DNA of 64,000 nt from Minisyncoccota bacterium (GTDB lineage: Bacteria; Patescibacteriota; Minisyncoccia; Phycocordibacterales; JAQTLZ01): positions 15,650 to 79,649 of the forward strand of contig JAQTLZ010000001.1 of NCBI GenBank assembly GCA_028714635.1, given 5' to 3'. The notes under the pieces are model-generated. The model was not told where the DNA came from and did not search any database. It was given only the letters and a program-made list of their open reading frames with translations. Of the stretch, positions 1 to 10,156 are shown piece by piece. Within the stretch, counting starts at the first letter, position 1. Every line of letters begins with the position of its first letter. A program made the translations under genes and the position numbers.

Positions 1-1027
1 TTCGATGAAGGAATTTCTTTGTAGTTGGAGAAAGCCGCAATTTTTTTGCAATTTTTCTAAAAAGCGATGATACATTTCTGTACTGTTTGACTCTTAACAC
101 ATAACCCTGGAGGCTATTTCTGCGAATATAAATTTTTTCAGGAAGATTTATATTTATTGGAGGATGCGGTTTTTCAAGCACGTCTTTCAAATTAACTACA
201 AAAATATCGCCTAGATTTCTAAGTTCGTCCATAATATTCCTCGTGAAATTTGAACAGTCAAATGCTGTAATAAAATGAAGGGCTTTAGGATTGAAAACAT
301 AGTAATGCTCTAAGAGTATGTCTCTCCAGTTATAATTTACTCTTCCAGCATCGTATTCTCTTAGATAATATGATCTAGTAAAGTGTATTCTGTGCAAATA
401 TTCAGCATCTGGGCATGTATACGCTACGAGCCCAGCGCAAAGAAATCTCCAAGAAAATCCTTGGGTATCGAAGCCGTGTTTGGTTGGATATCCGCCAATC
501 TTTTGAAAAGCGTTTTTCGTGTACATGAACGTGACGTCGAGCGGGCAGAATTCTTCTTCTGGCCTTATAAGTGATTTGAATGGTATTTTTTTGTCCGGAT
601 AAGGGGATACATCTATGTGATCGATGTTTTTTATGTTGTTTCCTCCAAATTTTATCGAGCGATGTATGCTTACGCCATCACATTTTTTTTCCTTTAAATA
701 TTGGTACATTTTCGAAAGAGATCCCGCTGGTAAAAGATCGTCGCTATCAAGGCAAAATATGACTTCACTTAGGGATTTTGCTACCGCAGTATTTCGAGTT
801 GCGCCACCTCCCTGATTTTTTTCATGAAAAAAATATCGAATATTTTTGTGTTCTAGAGCGAGTTGTTTGATAAGCGCGGGCGTACTATCTGTTGAACCAT
901 CATCAACCATTAGTACTTCAAATTCATCATTTTGAAACCCCTGTGTATAGCAAGAATTTACAGCTTCTGCCAATGTCTTTTCGCAGTTATAGCATGGAAT
1001 TATAAGGCTTAATTTGAGGTTGGGCAT
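1..1027 (-). CDS. Glycosyltransferase family 2 (GT-A fold), 3'-partial; runs off the window start
   Basis: My reverse-strand translation from the ATG at 1025-1027 reads MPNLKLSLIIPCYNCEKTLAEAVNSCYTQGFQNDEFEVLMVDDGSTDST...LDSDD (GT2 DxD/DDGSTDST signatures). The frame stays open to position 1; it is absent from the ORF track, presumably because its stop lies outside the window. Confidence 0.7.
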   Translation of the reverse strand, partial: MPNLKLSLIIPCYNCEKTLAEAVNSCYTQGFQNDEFEVLMVDDGSTDSTPALIKQLALEHKNIRYFFHEKNQGGGATRNTAVAKSLSEVIFCLDSDDLLPAGSLSKMYQYLKEKKCDGVSIHRSIKFGGNNIKNIDHIDVSPYPDKKIPFKSLIRPEEEFCPLDVTFMYTKNAFQKIGGYPTKHGFDTQGFSWRFLCAGLVAYTCPDAEYLHRIHFTRSYYLREYDAGRVNYNWRDILLEHYYVFNPKALHFITAFDCSNFTRNIMDELRNLGDIFVVNLKDVLEKPHPPININLPEKIYIRRNSLQGYVLRVKQYRNVSSLFRKIAKKLRLSPTTKKFLHR

Positions 1028-1053
1028 GACAGTATGAGTTTATCTTAAGGAAT

Positions 1054-2019
1054 CTATTGAAGCAATTTTTTCAACAATTTTGTGATCTTGAGAAATACCA
1101 ATATTTGTACAAAGAAATGCAATATCTTATCTCTCTTTCTCCCGCCCATTTTGCCATAAAATTCTTTTAATAATTCAATTGCCCCAACATTTTCTGTGAT
1201 TTTGTCTCCCATTATTATAAGTTCATTCTTATCAAGATCGACTTCGAAAGGACTTTTGCCGAGCAATCGATTGAGAGCAGTAAAATGGGTTCCATTGAAT
1301 AGCCCATTATTTTTTATAAGAGATCTGGGAGAATTCACCGCCAATCCGTTATTCAATGTTATGGCGATGTACCAACAAATGTCCCAGGGAATAGGATGTG
1401 CTTTTAATGAACCCAGGCATCTAAAAGCACCATCCAGCTCAATTTTGTTTTTTTGTTCTTCAGATAAAAGAGAAAGAGCTTCGTGTTCATTTTGGAACCA
1501 GTGAAATTTATCCCAACGATTTTTCCATGTACCCCATCCGCCACCGGTGTTTTCTGAATAGCGCCAAAGAATAGTTTTTCGATAATCATGGGGCATCCGT
1601 ATAAATGTAAAAGACGCTATGTGCATAATTTTTTCCGTATGTTCGTAAAAATCGAGAGCGTCATTCATGAATGTAAGAAAATTCTTTGCAGACACTCCGT
1701 CATCTTCTAAAACTATAATTTTTCCGTATTTGTTTACTATTTCGGTGACCCCCTCGATTATATTTCTTTCGAGATATATATTTTCTCTTCTTTCTGTGAT
1801 GGTTACAGATTTGAATCCTGTAACTGTCTTTAAATACTTTCGAACTTCTTCCACGTCTTTTTTGCTTCGCTCGGTCTTTGGTCCGTCAGAAAAAAAGAAG
1901 ACATCTGTTTTGCTCGCCAAGTAATTTTTTTGAAGCGCCGCAACTACTTCTTGAGTGTTATCTGGACGGTTATAAACAAAAATAGCGACAGGAGCCAATT
2001 TTCTTTGTGAGGTTTCCAT
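1054..2019 (-). CDS. Putative glycosyltransferase (nucleotide-sugar transferase-like, EDD motif)
   Basis: 321-aa ORF with IIVLEDDGVSAKNF (DxD-like) between two other glycan genes; family not confidently recognised. Confidence 0.4.
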   Translation of the reverse strand: METSQRKLAPVAIFVYNRPDNTQEVVAALQKNYLASKTDVFFFSDGPKTERSKKDVEEVRKYLKTVTGFKSVTITERRENIYLERNIIEGVTEIVNKYGKIIVLEDDGVSAKNFLTFMNDALDFYEHTEKIMHIASFTFIRMPHDYRKTILWRYSENTGGGWGTWKNRWDKFHWFQNEHEALSLLSEEQKNKIELDGAFRCLGSLKAHPIPWDICWYIAITLNNGLAVNSPRSLIKNNGLFNGTHFTALNRLLGKSPFEVDLDKNELIIMGDKITENVGAIELLKEFYGKMGGRKRDKILHFFVQILVFLKITKLLKKLLQ

Positions 2020-2024
2020 AAAGA

Positions 2025-2810
2025 TTATTTATGCAATGCTCGCGGGTGATTACAGGGAGTATGGGGAAGGATAGTTTTTGCGTGAACTATCCGCTTTTCA
2101 GGGGTTGGAGGAGTCATATAATTCTTGTATATGACAGATAAATATTCATGAGGCTTTCCTGGTCCGGGGTAGAGCCTGCTCTCGAATTTTATGTCTTTAA
2201 GTGGGTAGAGATATTCGAGAGGTATAGCATACATATAGCCGTTGTCTTCAGGTGTTTGTCCAATTTTGTCGCCCCTGAAGGGTGAAAAGATGAACCAGAT
2301 TAATTTACAAAAAAGATAGGCCGAATAATTTAAAACAACATTTTTTGATTTTACGAAAGTGTTTTCTCGCGTCCTTAAAGTTGCGTAGGTTAGAACTCTC
2401 CGCAACATTCTCGGCATCCTTGGGTATACCACTGAAGGAAAAATATCTATATAGATGCCATGGTGATACGGTTCCGTACCCGTTTCGTGGTGTTCAAGAA
2501 AGGTAGAATAGCAATCACGGAGTTTGGCAAAGTATTGTTTGTATGCTTTGTCAGTTTGGGGGATTTGAAGAAAAACATCCCGTGGCAACTCTTTTCCTCC
2601 GATTTCTATGAATTTTCGGTAATCTGCTATGGGCATTGAGACATCTATGTCATCATCCCACGGAATAAAACCTCCGTGTCGCACAGCGCCGAGTAAAGTA
2701 CCGAAATCGATCCAATACGTTAATTGGTGTTTTTTGCAAATTGCGTCAAGCGCCCCCAAGAGTTTCAACTGTACTTGACGGCATTCCTCTCTCTCTTGTT
2801 CGTTTATCAT
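2025..2810 (-). CDS. licD: LicD-family phosphotransferase (phosphocholine/phospho-head-group transferase fold)
   Basis: LLGAVRHGGFIPWDDDIDVSMP motif typical of LicD/FKTN nucleotidyltransferase-fold proteins. Confidence 0.7.
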   Translation of the reverse strand: MINEQEREECRQVQLKLLGALDAICKKHQLTYWIDFGTLLGAVRHGGFIPWDDDIDVSMPIADYRKFIEIGGKELPRDVFLQIPQTDKAYKQYFAKLRDCYSTFLEHHETGTEPYHHGIYIDIFPSVVYPRMPRMLRRVLTYATLRTRENTFVKSKNVVLNYSAYLFCKLIWFIFSPFRGDKIGQTPEDNGYMYAIPLEYLYPLKDIKFESRLYPGPGKPHEYLSVIYKNYMTPPTPEKRIVHAKTILPHTPCNHPRALHK

Positions 2811-2834
2811 AATTCGATTTTCACTACGGGATAA

Positions 2835-4175
2835 TTATATTTCTCTTGAAATTCCAACTCTAGAAGCGCTTCTCGACTTATGGGCACCCATGAAGCTTAG
2901 TGCTAATATTGGCGCAGCTGAATAAGAGATAAGTGTTGCCCAAGCTGCTCCTGTTAAACCGAATTTACTGATAAGTAAGAAATTTAGAAGAATATTCAGG
3001 ATCATTGGGAAAAGGTACAAGTAGAAAATTACTTTCAATTGGTTTTCGGATAAGAAATATTGCTGCAGGCCCCATAACGTAAACAACCCGATTCCAGACC
3101 AAACGTAAATTCTTAAGATTGGCACGGCTTCCATATAAGCATTACCGAATAAAAGCTTGATTGCCCATGGCGCAAAAAAAGTTGAAGGAACGGCGATTAT
3201 CACTCCTATAAAAGCTAAAAGCATGTACAATTTTTGCAGACGATCTTTATATATTTTTTCGCTAACTTTTTTTGCGTTTACAATTGCAGGCAAAAGCGAT
3301 GAGCAGATAATTCCAGGAATAAAGTACCATATTTCAACTAATCGTACTGCAGCTGCATAGAAACCCACCGATGTCTCGCCCAAGTACCATTTGATCATTA
3401 TTTGATCGACTTTTAAGAATAAGAAACTGGCACCAGCTGCAAGCATAAGAAAAAGTCCTCCCCATAACATATCTCTTGCTATTTCTCTTTCAAAATTCCA
3501 GTGTCGGAAATTGTATCCATTCTTCCTGTAGATGTAAAAACTCATGGCCGCATTCAGCAAAGATTCAAAAACGAGGATAAATATAAGCCAGGTAACTCCC
3601 TTCCCGTATACAATAAGCATAACTTTTAACACTGACGCTGCCGTGGTTGATATCATGGATACGCTGACGTTTTTTTTCGCCTGAACTGATGATTGGAAAA
3701 AGGTAGAGATAATTACGAATCCTGACCAGATGAAGGTGGAAGAGTATAGAATTATCAGATTTCTAAGGAAAAAAGACGGTTCAAAGATAAAGGCCGATAT
3801 GACGACCGATAAAAAAGCAATAATTCCCCCGCAAAATAAAAGAATGAAGCTGGTTCCCATGAGAGCCTCTCTTTTTTCTGGGTGTTTTACTAAATCACGA
3901 GCTAAAATGGTTCCGATGCCTAAATTTGCGATGAATCCGAAGATCCCAACAAAGGCAAAAACATAGTTTGCAATGCCGTAATTGGTTGGTCCGAGATATC
4001 TTGCCACCCATGCTCCGATGAAAAAGGTCATCAGTAAATAAAACATTTGTCCGAAGAACATCCAGCTGGTATTCATAAAATATTTCTTAAAGCCATCTCC
4101 CCATTGTCCAATGAGGCGTTCATACATCCACTCCGGCATAAGATGTTTTATGATTTTGAGCAAATAGTTAAACAT
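2835..4175 (-). CDS. Polysaccharide biosynthesis protein / Wzx-like oligosaccharide flippase (MOP superfamily)
   Basis: 446-aa highly hydrophobic multi-TM protein in a glycan locus. Confidence 0.6.
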   Translation of the reverse strand: MFNYLLKIIKHLMPEWMYERLIGQWGDGFKKYFMNTSWMFFGQMFYLLMTFFIGAWVARYLGPTNYGIANYVFAFVGIFGFIANLGIGTILARDLVKHPEKREALMGTSFILLFCGGIIAFLSVVISAFIFEPSFFLRNLIILYSSTFIWSGFVIISTFFQSSVQAKKNVSVSMISTTAASVLKVMLIVYGKGVTWLIFILVFESLLNAAMSFYIYRKNGYNFRHWNFEREIARDMLWGGLFLMLAAGASFLFLKVDQIMIKWYLGETSVGFYAAAVRLVEIWYFIPGIICSSLLPAIVNAKKVSEKIYKDRLQKLYMLLAFIGVIIAVPSTFFAPWAIKLLFGNAYMEAVPILRIYVWSGIGLFTLWGLQQYFLSENQLKVIFYLYLFPMILNILLNFLLISKFGLTGAAWATLISYSAAPILALSFMGAHKSRSASRVGISREI

Positions 4176-4194
4176 TTTTTTTGAAGTCCACTTT

Positions 4195-5352
4195 CTAGTA
4201 TATATTTTTTACGATCTCTGCAAGTTCACTGTCCTCGATTTTTCTAGGATTATTTCGTAGGCGCTCCTGGTTCGTTTCTCGTATGATCGTACTCCTTACT
4301 TCTTCAAGATTATATTTTTTTTCAGTAAACCATTTTCTAGGCAAACCAATTTTGTCCATCAATTTTTCCAGGAAAGCAGCTACGTCATCTGCCTCATGGT
4401 GTATTCCAAAAAAAGAATAAAGGTTTTGCATTCTTTGTCGAAAGGAATAAAGCTCGAGACGAGTATCGATATTTTGTGAAGTTATTTTACCGTTCATTCT
4501 AAACATTGTTGGTAAAGTGAGGCTAACAGCATGGCCATGCGGTAGGCCATAGTGGGCGGTCATGGCATATGAAAACGCATGAGGTGCTGTAGTTCTCGCG
4601 ATGTTTATTGCTTTGCCTGACAAGTGTGCAGCATTTAACATCTCTTTTCTCTCTGTTTTGTTTGGATTCACAACAGCTTTCTCTAGATGCTTTAAACAGG
4701 TCCGTATGCATTCTTCGCTGTATCGCAGGGATTCATTAGTCGCGTTAACTGCCCAGTATGATTCAATTCCTTGAGCAAAGGCATCCATTCCAGCACACGC
4801 TGTCAGGTAAGGAGATTGTGATTCTGTGAATTTTGCATTTAAAAGTACATGCGAGGGTAAGACTGAACTATGATCAACTGATTTTTTGATCATTCCATCG
4901 TACAGTACAGCAAATTGGGTAGTCTCACTTCCAGTGCCGGCCGTTGTTGGTACAGCCATAAGAGGCATGCAGGATTGGGCCGGGATTTTCTCCTCCGGGC
5001 TATATTTCTTGGGAGCAATTTTATGGGATACGAAAAAATTGATTGATTTTGCGATATCGATAGCGCTTCCTCCGCCCACACCTATGATAAGACTGTGGGG
5101 CAGACTTCTGAACACTTCTATTCCTCTTTCTACATCCTCCATCTTTGGATTAGAGGAGAAATCATGAAAAAAAGTCATAGGAATATTGGGTATCGTTTCG
5201 AAAAATGCTTTTGCTCCAGACAATTTAAAAGAAGACTCTCCAGCAACGACAAATACTGATGAATTTTTTTCTCGTCCATCTAAGAATTTTTCAACGAACT
5301 CTAAAGACCCCTTTTCTCCGGAGTGAACATTTTGGATTTTTGTATCATTCAT
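4195..5352 (-). CDS. Iron-containing alcohol dehydrogenase family; putative phosphonoacetaldehyde reductase
   Basis: GVGGGSAIDIAKS Fe-ADH signature; adjacent to ppd/pepM, which suggests phosphonoacetaldehyde reduction. Confidence 0.6.
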   Translation of the reverse strand: MNDTKIQNVHSGEKGSLEFVEKFLDGREKNSSVFVVAGESSFKLSGAKAFFETIPNIPMTFFHDFSSNPKMEDVERGIEVFRSLPHSLIIGVGGGSAIDIAKSINFFVSHKIAPKKYSPEEKIPAQSCMPLMAVPTTAGTGSETTQFAVLYDGMIKKSVDHSSVLPSHVLLNAKFTESQSPYLTACAGMDAFAQGIESYWAVNATNESLRYSEECIRTCLKHLEKAVVNPNKTERKEMLNAAHLSGKAINIARTTAPHAFSYAMTAHYGLPHGHAVSLTLPTMFRMNGKITSQNIDTRLELYSFRQRMQNLYSFFGIHHEADDVAAFLEKLMDKIGLPRKWFTEKKYNLEEVRSTIIRETNQERLRNNPRKIEDSELAEIVKNIY

Positions 5353-6469
5353 TTTTTCCGTTCAGGAAGCTCATAAGCATATCCTTATTTTCTACGGGGG
5401 TAGAAGTTGGTCGACCCAAATCATTGCGTACTTCTAAAGAAACTTTGATCTCGAGAAGATTTTTTCCTTTTGTTTTTAAAAGTACTGGCATGATTTTTTT
5501 GACTTCTCTCCTTGTGTGAACTGATTTCACAAATGTGTAACCGCAAGCTTTTGCTATTTTGGGGAAATCTATTTTAAAACCAACAGTCGGTTGTCCTCCA
5601 ACTGAACCATGGGCTCCATTGTTTAATATAATATGCTTAAAATTTTTTAAAGAGGATTGGCCAATGATTGCTAATGATCCAAGATGCATAAGCGCTGCGC
5701 CGTCTCCATCCAAACAGACTACTGTACGTTTCGGATGGCGCATCGCAATTCCCATTGCAATCTGTGAAGCGTGTCCCATCGAACCTACAGTCAGAAAATC
5801 TTTTCGGTGGTCATCTTTGCGAAGCTCAAAGAGTTCGCGAGAGATATGCCCAGTGGAAGAGATGACTGCTGCATGATGAGGAAGTGATGACACTATCTCT
5901 CGAATCGCATCTTCTCTTGAGAGAAGAAAAGAAGATTTTTTTGTCGAGACAGCATATTTCTCAAACGTATCTTTTTTTGCGATGAGTGCAACGGGGCAGC
6001 TATGTTTAATTGCATAAGTAATTATCTCTGAAATCACTTTTCGAGCGTCTAGTTCGTTTTCAGGTATTATTTTCCAGGCTATTCCCATTGCATCTAGTAA
6101 AGGCAAAGTTACTTTGCCTTGTTTGATATGCTGGGGCTCATCTTGTACTCCCGGTTCTCCTCGCCAACCAATGAGAAGAATCATGGGGATTCCATACACT
6201 TCTGGATCGGCAAGTGAAAGAAGGGGATTGACTGCGTTTCCTTGTCCAGCATTCTGCATATATACAAGAGCGGGTTTGCCTGTGGCGAGATAGTGTCCTG
6301 TGGCTAACCCAACAGCGCCACCTTCGTTTGCCGCAATAACATGTTTTTCACTTGGTACATTGACGGAAAGGAAGGCACAAAAATCTTTTAGGAGTGAATC
6401 AGGAATACCCGTAAAGAATGAAATCCCTTGCTGGTCAAGCCAATTATAGAATTTTTTAGAGCCGATCAT
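5345..6469 (-). CDS. ppd: Phosphonopyruvate decarboxylase (TPP-dependent)
   Basis: N-terminal LDQQGISFFTGIPDSLLKDF and the GDGAALMHLGS TPP-binding motif. Confidence 0.75.
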   Translation of the reverse strand: MIGSKKFYNWLDQQGISFFTGIPDSLLKDFCAFLSVNVPSEKHVIAANEGGAVGLATGHYLATGKPALVYMQNAGQGNAVNPLLSLADPEVYGIPMILLIGWRGEPGVQDEPQHIKQGKVTLPLLDAMGIAWKIIPENELDARKVISEIITYAIKHSCPVALIAKKDTFEKYAVSTKKSSFLLSREDAIREIVSSLPHHAAVISSTGHISRELFELRKDDHRKDFLTVGSMGHASQIAMGIAMRHPKRTVVCLDGDGAALMHLGSLAIIGQSSLKNFKHIILNNGAHGSVGGQPTVGFKIDFPKIAKACGYTFVKSVHTRREVKKIMPVLLKTKGKNLLEIKVSLEVRNDLGRPTSTPVENKDMLMSFLNGKNE

Positions 6470-6481
6470 AATTCTGTGGAT

Positions 6482-7774
6482 TTATATTAAATCGATTATT
6501 TCTTTAATGGAGACGCATAATTTATCGGCCTCCTTCGCCCTTCCGTTCATAAGTATTGTCTCTGCTGTTTTCAGCATTGCTGGGTATGAGCTTCTCAGTA
6601 GCTGATTCGCGTATATGACGATCTGCACACCATGTTTATGCAGTTCGGTTTCCGTTACTTGTGAATAGGTACTTGGTGCGACAACTAAAGGCACATGACG
6701 GGAGAGAGGAAGTTTTGCATAAGCTTTACAAAAAGCGAATATTTCATCGGGTGTTTTTTCTTTACTATGAATCATGATGGCGTCAGCGCCAGCTTTTATG
6801 TAAGAGGTGACTCGTTTTAACGCATCTTCGAGGCCAGCTCCTATGATCAAGCTTTCGCATCGCGCAATTATCATAAAATCTTCCGTTACTTGTGCATGTT
6901 TTCCCGCTTTAATTTTCTCGCTCATTTTTTCTATTGTTTCTTGCGGTTGGATGTTTCCTTGATCTAGCAGAGAATTCTGTTTCAATCCCGTTTTATCTTC
7001 TATAATGATGGCAGATACTCCTAGCCGTTCCAATGTCCGAGCAGTAAATACGAATTGTTCTGGATGCCCGCCGCTGTCTCCGTCGTAGATTATTGGTTTT
7101 GTGGTTACCTCTAAAATATCGTTGACCGTATGCAATCTGGAAGTCAGATCCACGCATTCAATATCTGGTTTGCCTTTTGATGTCGAATCTGTGAGACTGC
7201 TAAGCCACATTGCATCAAACTCTTTGTCCTTGCCTTTTTGAGATACTTTGCAATTTTCAACGATTAAACCTCCTAATCCGCTGTGCACCTCCATAACGCT
7301 GATAATGTTTTTGGCATTTAGTAATCTGCGCAGTCTCAATCTGCGAATATCTGGCGTGGTGCCGATCTCTTTTATAGCATTATGAAGCTGGCTTGAAGAA
7401 ATGCCCGAAGTATATTTTGGTTCTATCAATTTACCACCCCACGCTTTTAGTGCATTAATGACTCCTTGTCGAGTCTCTTTTTGTACTCCTTCCCGCCAGT
7501 CATCTCCGTGTACAACATAATCAGGTCTGATTTTTTTCAGATTGGGAACATAGTCTAATGTATCCTGCGGGATTACTTTGGATACGTTTTTCAATCCCTT
7601 CACTATTTCACTCCGCTGTTCGTAAGTCATGTAAGGCAAGCGTTTATAACTAGCGATAGCTTTGTCAGTTAAGATCCCAACTATAACTTCTCCGTATTGG
7701 GATGCAGTGTTTATGATATTCAAATGGCCCGGATGAATTATGTCTGCACTCATTGCTACGTAGACCTTTTTCAT
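6482..7774 (-). CDS. pepM: Cytidylyltransferase - phosphoenolpyruvate phosphomutase fusion protein
   Basis: N-terminal HxGH nucleotidyltransferase domain ([13 protein letters not shown]); C-terminal ICL/PEP-mutase-family domain (IIIEDK..., [10 protein letters not shown]). Confidence 0.75.
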   Translation of the reverse strand: MKKVYVAMSADIIHPGHLNIINTASQYGEVIVGILTDKAIASYKRLPYMTYEQRSEIVKGLKNVSKVIPQDTLDYVPNLKKIRPDYVVHGDDWREGVQKETRQGVINALKAWGGKLIEPKYTSGISSSQLHNAIKEIGTTPDIRRLRLRRLLNAKNIISVMEVHSGLGGLIVENCKVSQKGKDKEFDAMWLSSLTDSTSKGKPDIECVDLTSRLHTVNDILEVTTKPIIYDGDSGGHPEQFVFTARTLERLGVSAIIIEDKTGLKQNSLLDQGNIQPQETIEKMSEKIKAGKHAQVTEDFMIIARCESLIIGAGLEDALKRVTSYIKAGADAIMIHSKEKTPDEIFAFCKAYAKLPLSRHVPLVVAPSTYSQVTETELHKHGVQIVIYANQLLRSSYPAMLKTAETILMNGRAKEADKLCVSIKEIIDLI

Positions 7775-7814
7775 GATTTTTTAAGAATTACTAGATAATT
7801 CGTAATAAATATTC

Positions 7815-8069
7815 TTACCACTCGCTCATTTTATCAGTGACTTTCTTTTTAAGCGAAAGGTAGGAGCGGACAGCTTTCTCTTCGGCTTCGGGAGATATGA
7901 GCCGTATGATTTCCTTTCCGAGTATTCGATATTGCCCACCCACTTTATTAGCACGAATAAGACCCTTTTTGAGAAGCCTTTTCATGGTGCTTGTGCTTAC
8001 ACGGAGAACTTTCTCTGTTTCCGCAGTAGTATAGACGCCATGAGGCTTGATCTCTTCCATACTTGCCAT
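7815..8069 (-). CDS. HTH DNA-binding protein (excisionase/MerR-type HTH_17)
   Basis: 84 aa with VYTTAETEKVLRVSTSTMKRLLKKGLI. Confidence 0.45.
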   Translation of the reverse strand: MASMEEIKPHGVYTTAETEKVLRVSTSTMKRLLKKGLIRANKVGGQYRILGKEIIRLISPEAEEKAVRSYLSLKKKVTDKMSEW

Positions 8070-8100
8070 TATAGCAAGGTGTCAGAAGGTGTCAAAAGGT

Positions 8101-9030
8101 TCACTTGGTATTTTCTTTGTACCAGAGATAAGTTTTCTTGATTCCATCCTCAAGCGAGACACTATGTTTCCAACCAAGAGTGTGAAGACGAGTTACGTCG
8201 AGAAGTTTTCGAGGAGTGCCATCGGGAATTCCGGCATTCCATTTTATTTCTCCCTCAAATTTGATTTCTTCCTTAATAAGATTAGCCAGAGATTCTATAG
8301 TGAGGTCTTCTCCCGTGCCTATGTTTAGATGATCTTTTCCGTCGTAGGTGTTCATAAGAAATATGCATGCAGAGGCAAGATCATCTACGAAGAGGAATTC
8401 TCGACGGGGTTTTCCCGTTCCCCAAAGCGTCACTGATTCTGCGCCAGCTTTTTTCGCATCATCAAATTTTTTGATGAGGGCGGGGATGACGTGAGCGGTT
8501 TCCGGGTTGAAATTGTCATTCGGGCCGTAGAGATTTGTCGGCATTGCAGAGATGAAATTTGTTCCGTATTGCCGATTGTATGATTGACACATTATGATTC
8601 CTGCAATTTTCGCGATCGCGTATGCCTCGTTCGTCTCTTCAAGTTTTCCCGTCAAGAGACTTTCTTCTCGTATCGGTTGGGGAGCGAGTTTCGGATAGAT
8701 GCATGAACTGCCGAGGAAAAGGAGCTTTTTCACTTTGACTCGGTAGCTTTCGTGGATGACATTGCTTTCAATAAGAAGATTCTCGCGGATAAAATCGGCG
8801 GGATAGGTTTGGTTTGCCATTATCCCTCCCACTTTTGCCGCTGCTAAAAATACGTACTCTGGTTTTTCTTTCTCGAAAAAATCGGAAACCGCTCGCGGAT
8901 CGATAAGATCGAGTTCTTTGTGTGTTTTTAAAATGAGATTCTTGTAGCCTTCCGCTTCCAGAGCGCGAGTTATTGCGCTTCCGACAAGACCGGTATGTCC
9001 TGCTACAAATATTTTTGATTCTTTGTCCAT
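8101..9030 (-). CDS. fcl: GDP-L-fucose synthase
   Basis: SDR fold with [10 protein letters not shown] and the SSCIYPK motif; highly similar across its length to Fcl/WcaG. Confidence 0.85.
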   Translation of the reverse strand: MDKESKIFVAGHTGLVGSAITRALEAEGYKNLILKTHKELDLIDPRAVSDFFEKEKPEYVFLAAAKVGGIMANQTYPADFIRENLLIESNVIHESYRVKVKKLLFLGSSCIYPKLAPQPIREESLLTGKLEETNEAYAIAKIAGIIMCQSYNRQYGTNFISAMPTNLYGPNDNFNPETAHVIPALIKKFDDAKKAGAESVTLWGTGKPRREFLFVDDLASACIFLMNTYDGKDHLNIGTGEDLTIESLANLIKEEIKFEGEIKWNAGIPDGTPRKLLDVTRLHTLGWKHSVSLEDGIKKTYLWYKENTK

Positions 9031-9034
9031 CTTT

Positions 9035-10069
9035 TTATTTTTCTTCCGCGAGTTTGAGATCAGCTTCAGCCATAATTTTTACGAGTTCCTTAAATCCCAC
9101 TTTTGGCTTCCATCCGAATGTTTTGAATGCTTTGGTCGCATCCCCGAGGAGCACATCCACTTCTGCGGGACGAAAATATCTCGGATCGATTTCGATAATA
9201 GTTTTTCCTGTTTTTTTATCCATCCCTTTTTCTTCGAGTCCCTTTCCTTTCCACTCGATTTCAAAGCCGAGGAGCTTTGCCGATTCTTCGACAAACTCTC
9301 GTACAGTATGTGTTTCGCCTGTAGCCAAGAGATAATCATCAGGCTTTTCTTCTTGAAGCATTTGCCACATTCCATAGACGAAGTCCTTTGCGTAGCCCCA
9401 GTCTCTTTTGGCATCCAAATTTCCGAGAAAAAGTTTTTCATCTTTTCCGACCTTAATTCTCGAAAGCCCTCGGGTGATTTTTCTGGTAACAAATGTTTCT
9501 CCTCGGCGAGGGGATTCGTGGTTGAACAAAATTCCGTTACAAGCGAAAAGGCCGTAACTTTCTCGATAGTTTTTGGTGATCCAGTAGGCGTAAAGTTTTG
9601 CGCACCCATAGGGAGATCGGGGATAGAAGGGGCTGGTTTCCTTGAGCGGGAGTTCAATTGCTTTCCCGAACATTTCGCTTGACGAAGCTTGGTAAAATTT
9701 TGTTTTAATTCCGGTGTCTCTGATTGCGTCGAGAATGCGAAGTGTTCCCAATCCGTCTGTATCTGCCGTATATTCTGGAATATCGAAACTCACGCGGACA
9801 TGGCTTTGCGCTCCGAGATTATAAATTTCATCTGGCTTCACTTCTTCCAGGATTCTGTTTAGATTACTTCCATCTCCGAGATCTCCGTAGTGAAGAAACA
9901 ATTTTACTCCTCGTATGTGAGGATCCTGGTACAAGTGTTCAATTCTCTCTGTATTAAAGGTGCTTGCGCGTCTTATGATGCCATGGACCTCGTATCCTTT
10001 TTCGAGAAGCAGTTCTGCCAAGTATGAGCCATCCTGGCCTGTAATTCCCGTAATGAGAGCGCGTTTCAT
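9035..10069 (-). CDS. gmd: GDP-mannose 4,6-dehydratase
   Basis: [30 protein letters not shown]...; start taken at the internal Met (ATG complement at 10067-10069) rather than the ORF-track start. Confidence 0.85.
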   Translation of the reverse strand: MKRALITGITGQDGSYLAELLLEKGYEVHGIIRRASTFNTERIEHLYQDPHIRGVKLFLHYGDLGDGSNLNRILEEVKPDEIYNLGAQSHVRVSFDIPEYTADTDGLGTLRILDAIRDTGIKTKFYQASSSEMFGKAIELPLKETSPFYPRSPYGCAKLYAYWITKNYRESYGLFACNGILFNHESPRRGETFVTRKITRGLSRIKVGKDEKLFLGNLDAKRDWGYAKDFVYGMWQMLQEEKPDDYLLATGETHTVREFVEESAKLLGFEIEWKGKGLEEKGMDKKTGKTIIEIDPRYFRPAEVDVLLGDATKAFKTFGWKPKVGFKELVKIMAEADLKLAEEK

Positions 10070-10156
10070 CGTCGTTTCATCGTATCCCGCTCTTTTTTTG
10101 ATGTCAATCAATCTCTTCGGTTTTTTGAAGTTGAAGCGTGTGGTATAGTACCTCTC

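Noticed and set aside
383-815. Three short plus-strand ORFs (60-63 aa) at the window start
   Set aside because: They lie antisense to a clearly conserved GT2 glycosyltransferase reading frame on the minus strand (DDGSTDST, DSDD motifs), so they are spurious.
9023-9682. 219-aa plus-strand and 192-aa minus-strand ORFs overlapping gmd
   Set aside because: They are in alternative frames of the strongly conserved GDP-mannose dehydratase gene and have no recognisable motifs.
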